64,000 nucleotides of DNA from Klebsiella phage KP2025: sequence record PP919962.1; one strand, written 5' to 3'. Each line of letters begins with the position of its first letter. Within the stretch, counting starts at the first letter, position 1. Under the pieces are notes generated by a model. The model did not search any database. It was not told the DNA's origin and saw only the letters and a program-made list of their open reading frames with translations. Below, one piece after another: positions 54,708-63,423 of the stretch. Position numbers and translations under genes: made by a program.

Positions 54708-54923
54708 ATGAAAGTGAAAGATGTACCTAGTGCATACACCTTATGGTTGGCACGTCTTATTCATCAGTCGATGGTGACAAAACACCGTATGCCTCTTTCT
54801 AAGCGTATGCTGAAAAAGGGACGTACCACCTTTGGCTTCACGGCTACTGCCAGAAAGATGAGGGACTTGGGGTATATTCCCAAATATGCCCGTTATCCTT
54901 CTACTTATGCTGGGTTTGATTAA
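54708..54923 (+). CDS. small basic protein (71 aa; internal ATG of ORF 54636..54923)
   Basis: avoids overlap with upstream gene. Confidence 0.45.
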   Translation: MKVKDVPSAYTLWLARLIHQSMVTKHRMPLSKRMLKKGRTTFGFTATARKMRDLGYIPKYARYPSTYAGFD

Positions 54924-54934
54924 CAGGAGTAAAT

Positions 54935-55120
54935 ATGGAAAAGCCAGAACAAAAATTTAAGATTGGGGATCGTGTAGCGGATATTCACACAGGTAAAGTG
55001 GGAAATATCACAGCTATCCACTGGAGTGAAGGCGATAAACATAACCCAGCAGGGTTGGCATACTCTATGGATAAAATGGGGTGGTTATTTATTGGGGAAT
55101 CAGATTTAGTAGCAGTGTAA
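54935..55120 (+). CDS. hypothetical protein (61 aa)
   Basis: ORF. Confidence 0.45.
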   Translation: MEKPEQKFKIGDRVADIHTGKVGNITAIHWSEGDKHNPAGLAYSMDKMGWLFIGESDLVAV

Positions 55121-55130
55121 GGAGGTAGTG

Positions 55131-55301
55131 ATGCGTGTGTTTATAGATGAGTTTGATAGAGATTACAGAACTATTACCAATAACTTTGAGAAGGAGTTTG
55201 CTTCTATCCAGGAAGCAGAAGAGTGGTGCAAAGAAGCCTCTGGGTCAGGGTACACTTACCTTATTGATATGAGCTTGACAAAAGCTATAAATGAGGGTTA
55301 A
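55131..55301 (+). CDS. small acidic protein (56 aa) missed by ORF track
   Basis: GGAGGTAGTGATG RBS. Confidence 0.4.
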   Translation: MRVFIDEFDRDYRTITNNFEKEFASIQEAEEWCKEASGSGYTYLIDMSLTKAINEG

Positions 55302-55381
55302 ATATGCTTGTACACTTCTTGATGGATGTTTGGTTTATTATACTTATAGCTTGGGTCTTTGTATCAAGGGGAGAATTTTGA

Positions 55382-55672
55382 ATGAACGTTAAGAAACAAT
55401 CTAAAATAAAGTCTCTAGGTCGTTATAAACATTATAAAAGTTTTGGATGGTTGGCTAGAGTAGTTTATCGTCTACGCGGTGATAAAACTATTCGCCACTA
55501 TCTTGCCACTGGTAAGTATGTCAGAACAGAGTCGGAAGAAGCCTATGAACTTGTGCCAGGATCTGGTATGTTGTTCAAAGATTTATTTATCACCAGCAAA
55601 GTGAGGCGTTCACGTGTTAAAAATGTTCCTGATGGTGCGCGATTTGTGGGTAAAACATATGGTTTATCGTGA
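55382..55672 (+). CDS. hypothetical basic protein (96 aa)
   Basis: ORF. Confidence 0.5.
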   Translation: MNVKKQSKIKSLGRYKHYKSFGWLARVVYRLRGDKTIRHYLATGKYVRTESEEAYELVPGSGMLFKDLFITSKVRRSRVKNVPDGARFVGKTYGLS

Positions 55673-55732
55673 GTATCTCATTGATAATGCACAGTATAAA
55701 CAGCTTGGGATATCTTAGGGAGGTGTTAAACC

Positions 55733-55900
55733 GTGGAGATTGAGAAAGTAAAGGTTGCCCCGAAGGAACGCACTCGTTTATGTGATTGTGGTCATACTAT
55801 GATTGAAACAGAGGTGTTATACTCTGATCTTTATGAGTGCTGCGTTGCATTCTGGGAATGCACACATTGTCACGATGTTTATGAGGAGTGGTTGGAGTAA
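55733..55900 (+). CDS. small zinc-ribbon protein (55 aa, GTG start) missed by ORF track
   Basis: CDCGH...CCVAFWECTHCHD; TAATG overlap with next gene. Confidence 0.35.
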   Translation: MEIEKVKVAPKERTRLCDCGHTMIETEVLYSDLYECCVAFWECTHCHDVYEEWLE

Positions 55901-57108
55901 TGGTTGCAAAGGCTTGGGAAGAGTATAAAGCAGAGTGTGAAGCAGTAGCTAAACCTGGGATAACCATCTTGGGTTGGGTTGGAGAATGGAAGGGACATGT
56001 TACAAAATTAAGATGCGTATGTGCAAAACATGGAGAGTGGCAGAGTACAACTATCCATAATTTTAAGAGTGGGCGTAGTTGTCCTGGTTGTAAGAGAAGT
56101 TTGCTTAGTCAAAATAACTCTAAAACTTGGGAGGAGTATCTCCCCTCTATTAAATCTACAGCAGAGGTAAAAGGGTATACTATAGAGGGGTATGAAGGGT
56201 GGAACGGAAATCAGACGCGGTTACGATTAGTTTGCCCTGTTCATGGAAGATTTAATAGTACCACCATCGGCAATTTCCTGCAAGGTAGTGGTTGTCCTAA
56301 ATGTGGTAAAAAAACCGCAGGGGAGAAGAATAGCAAACCTGATGAAGAGCATGTTGCAGAGTTTTTTGCGACAGGGATGTTTAAGGATGGGTGTAAGTTT
56401 TGGAGAAGTCCGAAGTTGACTGCACGGGGATGGGCGCAGTATTGGTATCACACATGCCCTATTTGTTCGGAGGACGAGTTTGTTAAAGCCGGACTTTGCA
56501 CAGGGGTTTTTGAGTCGCATACGAGTCAGTTGAAAAGAGGGGGATTACCTTGTCGGTGTTCAGGTATCTATCGTTTCACAAAAGCTCAATGGGAATGGCG
56601 TTTAGTTAAAGAATGTGAAAATAGGGGCTATGTATTCGTAGGCTGGAGAGGTAAACGTTGGGGCCGTAAGTTTAAATTTAGTTATGAATGCACTTTACAT
56701 GGAGAACAAAGTATCACTCCACATAATTTATTCGCGGGTCATGGTTGTCCTTTGTGTGCAGGTTATAATCAACAACAATGCTACATTAACTTAGTGAGCG
56801 ACCAGAACATTCCTTTGGCATGTAAAATAGGCATAGCTAAAGATTCAGAGGCTCGTTTAAAATCACAAAACCAACGTAATCTTTTTCAGATGCAACAGTT
56901 AGCCGTGTACGAATTCCCAACAGTAGAAGATTGCAAAGCCGCAGAAAGAGCTTGTCTGTCTGAGCTTACTTGTGGAGTTTTATCAGCGCAGGAACTTCAA
57001 GATGGCTATACAGAAACTGTAGCCTTGACAGACTACGATAAAGTGGTTAGTATCTATGAAAGATTCGGTGGTGCGCGTGTGGATACCCTTGCGGAGGAGG
57101 ATGAATGA
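55900..57108 (+). CDS. protein with four tandem zinc-ribbon repeats and C-terminal T5orf172/GIY-YIG-like domain (homing-endonuclease-like)
   Basis: four repeats of C-x2-HG-x16-GxGCPxC; C-terminus YINLVSDQNIPLACKIGIAKDSEARL...YEF resembles the T5orf172 (GIY-YIG superfamily) motif set. Confidence 0.45.
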   Translation: MVAKAWEEYKAECEAVAKPGITILGWVGEWKGHVTKLRCVCAKHGEWQSTTIHNFKSGRSCPGCKRSLLSQNNSKTWEEYLPSIKSTAEVKGYTIEGYEGWNGNQTRLRLVCPVHGRFNSTTIGNFLQGSGCPKCGKKTAGEKNSKPDEEHVAEFFATGMFKDGCKFWRSPKLTARGWAQYWYHTCPICSEDEFVKAGLCTGVFESHTSQLKRGGLPCRCSGIYRFTKAQWEWRLVKECENRGYVFVGWRGKRWGRKFKFSYECTLHGEQSITPHNLFAGHGCPLCAGYNQQQCYINLVSDQNIPLACKIGIAKDSEARLKSQNQRNLFQMQQLAVYEFPTVEDCKAAERACLSELTCGVLSAQELQDGYTETVALTDYDKVVSIYERFGGARVDTLAEEDE

Positions 57109-57431
57109 CAGATCGTGAAATGGTAAATTTTATGAGAAACTACTGTTTCTCTATTGGTCATACAGACGGGACACCGTTTGATGAGGCCACAGTGACAATT
57201 CATGATGTTCGTCCTAACAGTATGAACATTATCTCAATGAAAGAGATACGGGAACTGTTAGACTACTATGGCAAGCTAGCTATGATGCTGGATTTAGGAC
57301 ATATTATCAGTCCTCCAGAGAAGTTTGTCTACTGGATGTTAAAGGACATTGGCCTCATTGATGGGTATGCTGCTCTTCAAGATGCTTTATCACATGAAGA
57401 AAATGATATTTCAAATAACATAGGAGAATAA
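57105..57431 (+). CDS. hypothetical protein (108 aa)
   Basis: ORF. Confidence 0.5.
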   Translation: MTDREMVNFMRNYCFSIGHTDGTPFDEATVTIHDVRPNSMNIISMKEIRELLDYYGKLAMMLDLGHIISPPEKFVYWMLKDIGLIDGYAALQDALSHEENDISNNIGE

Positions 57432-57432
57432 T

Positions 57433-58011
57433 ATGTCAAATTATGATATTTTTGCAATAGAACCACGTCAACGTGGAGGAGAACGTAACTGGTATCCGGT
57501 TCCTCATGGTGCAGCGCCATTACCGCTTACCCTGAAAGTCTTACCTCTGCCAAAAACATATGTAACAAATTTAAGTGACGTTTTTCATGACGAGTTTATG
57601 GATCGGATTAGCCCCTATCTTATCCCAGGGGATAAGCTTGTGTTCACAGGAAACGCAAACTACCATACATATTACCCTTTAGATACTACATACAGGGCTG
57701 GAGATTTTACATTTCGCCTGGAAAATTCCTCTTGTTCTTTTAATGAGGTGTTATACGCAGCGCAGGAAGGGGTCATCTTGGAGGAAGGATATATATCTGC
57801 AATGATCGATTGCCATGTAAAGACACTGATTATGAAAATGTCAGAATTTCGCCCAGGCAATGTTGAAGTATCTTTTGCTCTTCCTGACCTTATCGATCCG
57901 AGACAGTATGGTGATAAAACCTTGTATGCCTTCTTCATGTTTGAACCCCGCCATGCTAGGCTGGAAACAGAAATGTCTTTTAACGTCAGAAGTATTAAGG
58001 CAGATGAGTAA
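57433..58011 (+). CDS. hypothetical protein (192 aa)
   Basis: ORF. Confidence 0.55.
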   Translation: MSNYDIFAIEPRQRGGERNWYPVPHGAAPLPLTLKVLPLPKTYVTNLSDVFHDEFMDRISPYLIPGDKLVFTGNANYHTYYPLDTTYRAGDFTFRLENSSCSFNEVLYAAQEGVILEEGYISAMIDCHVKTLIMKMSEFRPGNVEVSFALPDLIDPRQYGDKTLYAFFMFEPRHARLETEMSFNVRSIKADE

Positions 58012-58261
58012 AACTATTTGGTTAGTCCAAATACAGCGGCATGGAAGCTGCTGGCAACCAGTAGAGCCTACTTGTCGTGTAGTGTGTGCTTGCGATAGTG
58101 AAGAAGCAGCACACAAAGCAGGGCAACAGATTACATGGATGTATAATAATCCTCGGTTTAATCCTGATGCAAATCTTGCTGGAGTTGTTACACAGGATAT
58201 TTTAATCCCAGAGCTTGAATACAGGTATGCAGTTAAAAAACACGAAGGAGAATGGCATTGA
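58004..58261 (+). CDS. hypothetical protein (85 aa; internal ATG of ORF 57860..58261)
   Basis: ATG overlaps upstream stop. Confidence 0.4.
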   Translation: MSKTIWLVQIQRHGSCWQPVEPTCRVVCACDSEEAAHKAGQQITWMYNNPRFNPDANLAGVVTQDILIPELEYRYAVKKHEGEWH

Positions 58262-58479
58262 GAGAACAAATTGAATTCCATTTTATGGATACAGAAGATC
58301 CGTTGGTAATCGACCCAAAGGATATCCGACTTGTGTATAAACACCTTAATGGTTGTATTATCAGGACTTCGTGGAATGAAGAGCTGGTACTGAGTGAGAG
58401 TTATGAAACAGCGAAACGCCGTATAGCCGACTTCTATAAGCCACTGGAGAATGTTTCTGGGTGGCCTTATGGAGAATAA
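58252..58479 (+). CDS. hypothetical protein (75 aa)
   Basis: GAAGGAG RBS. Confidence 0.5.
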   Translation: MALREQIEFHFMDTEDPLVIDPKDIRLVYKHLNGCIIRTSWNEELVLSESYETAKRRIADFYKPLENVSGWPYGE

Positions 58480-58951
58480 ATATCCCGTTTACCATTGGCG
58501 AGTGAAGTCTCATTGGTTGAGTGGCACTACATCTTTTGATGATGTGTACATTGCGCTTCCTGATCTGGAATTGGCAAGAGATTTCATTCAGGCTCATGTG
58601 CGGCTGCACTATGCTACTTCAGATATTCGTGTAGCTACATGCGTGTCTTTGATGAACATCATCCCACAAGTCGAAACCCTCCCTGCGGCGTACCGCCTGG
58701 AAAGTGAAGCCGTTTGGGGCGAACAAGATGTACTGGACATGTACCCTGCTATTCGTAATTATTGGGTGAGTAAAGGTTTCACAGATATTCGTATAATGCC
58801 TTGTAGACCTGTAGACGAGGATTGTCTTTATCTGGATGGTAAATGGCACAGTTACTGTCGCCATGCACACGAATGGATGCAACCAGAGGATTTATGTGCT
58901 GAATTAAAGCCTCGGCCTGCAAAGCAGCGCCGCCGTAACTGTACGGTGTAA
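58469..58951 (+). CDS. hypothetical protein (about 160 aa)
   Basis: ORF. Confidence 0.5.
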   Translation: MENKYPVYHWRVKSHWLSGTTSFDDVYIALPDLELARDFIQAHVRLHYATSDIRVATCVSLMNIIPQVETLPAAYRLESEAVWGEQDVLDMYPAIRNYWVSKGFTDIRIMPCRPVDEDCLYLDGKWHSYCRHAHEWMQPEDLCAELKPRPAKQRRRNCTV

Positions 58952-58960
58952 GGAGAAGAG

Positions 58961-59116
58961 ATGGTGAGTGAACACTTTGTTATTCTTTGTATGTTCGGGT
59001 GGATTGCTTGGTGTTGCATTATAAATGCTGATAAGTATTCTACTCCGAAAGAAAGAGCTTTACAACTAATTCCAATTCCAGTATGCTTCCTGCTAATGGG
59101 GTTGACACTTACTTAG
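58961..59116 (+). CDS. small membrane peptide (51 aa) missed by ORF track
   Basis: AGGAGAAGAGATG RBS. Confidence 0.4.
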   Translation: MVSEHFVILCMFGWIAWCCIINADKYSTPKERALQLIPIPVCFLLMGLTLT

Positions 59117-59361
59117 GAGGCGCTATGCGACGTATACTGTGTTGGTTTTTAGCTGGGGTTTTAGGGCTTTCTTTTTAGTAGTGTGTGATAAGCTGGCAGA
59201 ACTTGCAAGTGGTGCTGCACATAAGCAGAAGGTACAAACAGAAGAGTGTATCTATCTAAAATACAAAAAAGATGCTGAAAAGTTCCTTGACAAGGATTGT
59301 CAAAGGTATGTAAGATATAAGCAAGATAACTGACTAGGTAATTAACTTAGAGAGGTAGAGT

Positions 59362-59625
59362 ATGACTCTGGCAGACAAAGTGCTACAAAACGTTAAGAGT
59401 AAAGCCATAGTGTGTAGAGCTAAAGCTTTCGAATCCTATTACTATGATTTGAAGAAAATGGTGAAAGATCCTGACCTACTAGAAACAGGGGTTGTACACT
59501 ACTATCATCGTAACCATTTAACTAATCAAATATTCAACAATAGAGGCACGAATAGCAGATGGTATGCAACTACTACGTATACCACTGAAAATAAAACTGG
59601 TATTAGTCTTTCTTTAATGAGATAA
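59362..59625 (+). CDS. hypothetical protein (87 aa)
   Basis: ORF. Confidence 0.5.
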   Translation: MTLADKVLQNVKSKAIVCRAKAFESYYYDLKKMVKDPDLLETGVVHYYHRNHLTNQIFNNRGTNSRWYATTTYTTENKTGISLSLMR

Positions 59626-59633
59626 GGAAGTAT

Positions 59634-59876
59634 ATGAACATATTCACTGAGCAACGTATGGGTACACCAATTACAGAAGATGAAAGATTCGCTATTTCTA
59701 CAGAGCTTAACAATCTGGAAGCCCTGTGTCATGATGAAGCATGGATTGCTAAGGAGGTAGCCGCTTGCACAGATTTGATGGGAAGTTGGGATAAAGATCT
59801 AGTGCTATTGTGTCTTGAGCATGACATAAACATGTTGCGTCGTACTCTCGAAACAGGTATAGTGACAGAACATTAA
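59634..59876 (+). CDS. hypothetical protein (80 aa)
   Basis: AAGGAAG RBS. Confidence 0.5.
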   Translation: MNIFTEQRMGTPITEDERFAISTELNNLEALCHDEAWIAKEVAACTDLMGSWDKDLVLLCLEHDINMLRRTLETGIVTEH

Positions 59877-59901
59877 CGCTACATACAAGGTGTCTTCCAT
59901 A

Positions 59902-60192
59902 ATGAATGATATAGTTAAGTTTGCTCTGGTGATTTCAGTGTTAAGTTTGTTTGGATGGCTTATTCTCACCATAGCTTCACATTTCTTGATGAGAGAGTTA
60001 AGAAAGGAAGAGAAAGCATATGAAGAGACAATGAGACATTTAAGACTATTATGCAGACATGCAAGTTTTGCAGGAGCATATTCTGCCTATAGGGATTACT
60101 ATAAAAAGGATGAAAATCATCTTCCAGCAGATTTATTAAGAAGACACTACCAAGCCGCACGTATAGAATGGTTAGCACGTAACCCAAGATAG
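59902..60192 (+). CDS. membrane-anchored protein (about 96 aa; GTG alternative at 59890)
   Basis: N-terminal TM helix. Confidence 0.45.
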   Translation: MNDIVKFALVISVLSLFGWLILTIASHFLMRELRKEEKAYEETMRHLRLLCRHASFAGAYSAYRDYYKKDENHLPADLLRRHYQAARIEWLARNPR

Positions 60193-60202
60193 GAGAATAG
60201 AT

Positions 60203-60631
60203 ATGAATTTTAAAGTAGGCGATACGATTGTTTTTCAACCGCAAGGTAATAATATTGAAGATTACTTCCTTAACGGAGTACAAGAAGGGGATACTGGAAC
60301 TGTTACTTACGTAGATGAAGAAGACGTTGCTGCGGATATGACTACCCAGTGGGGAGAGGTTGTTGAATGTTTTTATCTTAACCCTGAAGATTGTATTGTT
60401 CAGGAGGAAACTCTTCCTTCTGTGGAAGCTACTCTACATCTAGATGCATATGGTAAGCTAGTGTTAGTTGAGCGTAGTAATTGGGAGGATGTATTCATTG
60501 CTGTAGGTAATGACTATAAGAATGGATGCCTACCTACTGGAGAAGGTATTCACCTTACAGCAGAAGAAGCTCTACAGTTAGCTTATGACATTAAACGTAT
60601 GGCTCTAGCTGTACAGAGAGGAAAACTATAA
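60203..60631 (+). CDS. hypothetical protein (142 aa)
   Basis: ORF. Confidence 0.55.
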   Translation: MNFKVGDTIVFQPQGNNIEDYFLNGVQEGDTGTVTYVDEEDVAADMTTQWGEVVECFYLNPEDCIVQEETLPSVEATLHLDAYGKLVLVERSNWEDVFIAVGNDYKNGCLPTGEGIHLTAEEALQLAYDIKRMALAVQRGKL

Positions 60632-60738
60632 TTAATAAATAGATAGTTAATTAGTTAATAATTAATTAGTTTATTAGTTAATTGGTTAATAGGTAGTAGA
60701 TAGATTAACATAACATGTTTCTCATAACAAATCTACTA

Positions 60739-60782
60739 CCTCGCTATCGCTCGGTATATAATACTAGGGTAGCATGTTTTTT
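60739..60782 (+). repeat. conserved intergenic element copy B (CCTCGCTATCGCTCGGTATATAATACTAGGGTAGCATGTTTTTT)
   Basis: shared with 29297..29342; contains TATAAT; preceded by TTAATTAGTTAAT-type AT repeats. Confidence 0.55.
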
Positions 60783-60841
60783 CTCAAAAGTAAAACAGAT
60801 AATTCCTATTAATAAGGGGAAGATTGACAGTTGGAGGCTAT

Positions 60842-61075
60842 ATGGCAAAGAAGTCTAAAAAAGTGAATGAAGAAACCTCTGAACAAGAAACCTTTGCACA
60901 GATTGAAGATCTGTGTAATGAACCAGCGGCTCCTACAGAGGCGCTGGAAGAGGTTATGTCCTGCAAAGAAGAAAAAAGATTTTGCCCTGTTTGTGGTGGA
61001 ACAGGTTTTGTCTTTGTTGGAGAAGGACAGCTAGAAAGATGCTGGCCTTGTGAAGGCATCGGAATAGTAGTTTAA
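60842..61075 (+). CDS. small zinc-ribbon protein (77 aa)
   Basis: CPVCGG...CWPCEG. Confidence 0.5.
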   Translation: MAKKSKKVNEETSEQETFAQIEDLCNEPAAPTEALEEVMSCKEEKRFCPVCGGTGFVFVGEGQLERCWPCEGIGIVV

Positions 61076-61168
61076 GCGTTTACAATGTGCGGCTACCGCA
61101 CAGAAGTAAATCGCTATATACTAAAGATCGCGCCTTCGGCGCTCGGATAAATCCTAAGCGGGGGTCAA

Positions 61169-61360
61169 ATGATTAGAAGTTATCACAGATGGTTAACCAT
61201 CCAAGAGAAGAATACCCTCCGTGGTGTTCCAGGGTACAGCCCAAGCACGGATGATATCTTAGATAAGATGGAGGAATTCTTCAACGAGCCTCGTTCTCAT
61301 CTAAAAGAGGTACTTGGGGCATGGGATGGTACGCCGGAAAGTGTAGGAGAACGTGGATGA
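61169..61360 (+). CDS. hypothetical protein (63 aa)
   Basis: ORF. Confidence 0.45.
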   Translation: MIRSYHRWLTIQEKNTLRGVPGYSPSTDDILDKMEEFFNEPRSHLKEVLGAWDGTPESVGERG

Positions 61361-61764
61361 TTACCTTAGAGCAATTCCAAAACATGGAGCGAGGTACTAT
61401 CTTCTACGTTTGTTGTGGAGGTAACGCCAATAACCTCGTGGTAGAACGATTCCATTCACTAAAAGACTTGGACAGAGGTGAGGATAGTGTTATGGTGTTG
61501 ACTTATTGTGGTGGCAGCACTTTCCAAGGTCATCTGCACGGCGGCAATGGGTTATACCTGAACGAGGAAGAAGCCAAAGAGCACATGGCAAAACGTGCCA
61601 AATGGATACATGATCGCAGAACGGAAAATTTAAAATCCATGTTGCTTAACTTACAAGCTGACCTGGATAAGCATCTTGACAGTGAGCCTAAATTAGATTA
61701 TGTTTATCTGGACAGAACAGATGAACCTGAACCAGAGGGGTGGTGGTATGACAAAACAATATAG
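61357..61764 (+). CDS. hypothetical protein (135 aa)
   Basis: AGGAGA RBS before ATG 61357. Confidence 0.5.
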   Translation: MITLEQFQNMERGTIFYVCCGGNANNLVVERFHSLKDLDRGEDSVMVLTYCGGSTFQGHLHGGNGLYLNEEEAKEHMAKRAKWIHDRRTENLKSMLLNLQADLDKHLDSEPKLDYVYLDRTDEPEPEGWWYDKTI

Positions 61765-62032
61765 GATTTTAGAACGCCCACAATTCGAAAAAGAAAGTGT
61801 ATATATTGTTCAACGGACTCGAAAATTCCTTTGGTTGTTTCCTTATTGGGCTACCTATCAAGGCTACACATTAGCCGGTAATGAAGATTGTATCTTCAAT
61901 ACTATAGAAGATGCTAAAAGTTTTATTAAAGATACTGCAAAGTTTAATCGCTGGTGCGCCGAGAGAGGTGATCGTGTGATTGCTGTGTACCAGCTAAATA
62001 ACGATGGTGAACTGGAGGAAGTTGAAACATGA
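61748..62032 (+). CDS. hypothetical protein (94 aa)
   Basis: GAGGGG RBS before ATG 61748. Confidence 0.5.
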   Translation: MTKQYRILERPQFEKESVYIVQRTRKFLWLFPYWATYQGYTLAGNEDCIFNTIEDAKSFIKDTAKFNRWCAERGDRVIAVYQLNNDGELEEVET

Positions 62033-62187
62033 AAATAGCCCTTGTGTTTTTGGTAGGATTTGTGGTATCATTCTTTATGCTTTGTGGAGGTAGTGTTCTC
62101 TTTCATTATGGACTCGATGGTTTTGCTGTCTTTTTAGGGAGTCTTGCCATTGGATCTATTACCGCGATTATTGCAGCCAATAACTAA
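62029..62187 (+). CDS. small membrane peptide (52 aa) missed by ORF track
   Basis: two TM helices; ATGA overlap. Confidence 0.4.
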   Translation: MKIALVFLVGFVVSFFMLCGGSVLFHYGLDGFAVFLGSLAIGSITAIIAANN

Positions 62188-62203
62188 TGAAGGATATTGC
62201 AAA

Positions 62204-62836
62204 ATGAAAATTGGTATCGGTGTGATCACTATGGGTGTTCGCACCATTAATAGAAAACTATTTGAAAACAGTGAACATGGGATTTTTATCTACACAGATA
62301 AGGAACGTTTAGGCCCAAGTCATGCTCGTAATAAAGTGTTAGAGCACTTTGACGGTTATGATCATATTTTTATATTTGATGATGATTGTTTCCCTACAAA
62401 ACTTGGTTGGGAAAATTATTTCATCACTCAAGCTTCTGAGCATAACATCCATTATATGGCTATTCCAGAAGTATTTGGTGGTCAGTTTGTATCTAGTGAC
62501 AAAGAAATGCAGTATTGGTTTAGCGCATTAGGTTGTTTCGTGTATCAAGATAAGGTTGCAATGGATGTTATTGGTGGGTATAATACTGCGTATAACAGAT
62601 ATGGTTATGAAGATGCAGGGCGATCTCGTAGAGCATTACAGGCTGGCTTAACAGGACATAACAATGCTTGGGGCTTTCCTGTGCGAGGGTTGTCTTACAT
62701 ACATTCTGAAGATGTATTCGGAGAGAATCCTGCCCCGAACATTCAGACTTCTGAAAAGCTGGCGTATATCGCACAAAACCAACCGATCTACCAGAAAGAG
62801 ATTGAAGGTAAACAACTTTTCTACCCATACAAATAA
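62204..62836 (+). CDS. putative GT-A-like glycosyltransferase (210 aa)
   Basis: IFIFDDDCFP acidic D-x-D-type motif after a beta strand; weak. Confidence 0.35.
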   Translation: MKIGIGVITMGVRTINRKLFENSEHGIFIYTDKERLGPSHARNKVLEHFDGYDHIFIFDDDCFPTKLGWENYFITQASEHNIHYMAIPEVFGGQFVSSDKEMQYWFSALGCFVYQDKVAMDVIGGYNTAYNRYGYEDAGRSRRALQAGLTGHNNAWGFPVRGLSYIHSEDVFGENPAPNIQTSEKLAYIAQNQPIYQKEIEGKQLFYPYK

Positions 62837-62846
62837 GGAGAGAGAA

Positions 62847-63056
62847 ATGGAAATGCCAAACCAAGAGATTATCGAGCAAGCAATTATCCTCCTAGCTGAA
62901 AGTTGCCAGGCAGACATGGCGGTTCTGTTTGTTGCAGAGCCAACTCAGGATGCTATTGATCGTATGATCGCAGCAGACACTGCGTGGAGAGAGTTTAGCG
63001 CTGCTCACCCTGAGATTGAACAGTACGTTGATTGGAAAGAGTTGCAGGGGGATTAA
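62847..63056 (+). CDS. hypothetical protein (69 aa)
   Basis: ORF. Confidence 0.45.
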   Translation: MEMPNQEIIEQAIILLAESCQADMAVLFVAEPTQDAIDRMIAADTAWREFSAAHPEIEQYVDWKELQGD

Positions 63057-63057
63057 C

Positions 63058-63423
63058 ATGTTAATTAAAGAAAACTACAAAAACTATAGCAGCAGCATAA
63101 ACTTCATTGACTCCAATGATAACTTCGTTGGTTTCGATATGGGTGGTCAGTATTGCGAACAGTTCGGCTGGTACATCAGTCGTGAAGCGATTGCTTTCGA
63201 CGATTATGGAAGTTCTGTCGAACTTCAAGAAGAAGATCTGGTAGGTTATCGTTTTGATACCACTTTTGTCGATAACTACAATTTTGATGAAACTGTAGTG
63301 TTTCGTCTGGTGAGTGATAAAGGCGGTGTTGCATACCTGCATCTGTTCAACTCTCATAATGGCTACTACAGCCACGGTTGGGAGTCTACAATGGATGGCA
63401 TTTCTCGTGAAGGGTATCTATGA
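63058..63423 (+). CDS. hypothetical protein (121 aa)
   Basis: ORF. Confidence 0.5.
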   Translation: MLIKENYKNYSSSINFIDSNDNFVGFDMGGQYCEQFGWYISREAIAFDDYGSSVELQEEDLVGYRFDTTFVDNYNFDETVVFRLVSDKGGVAYLHLFNSHNGYYSHGWESTMDGISREGYL

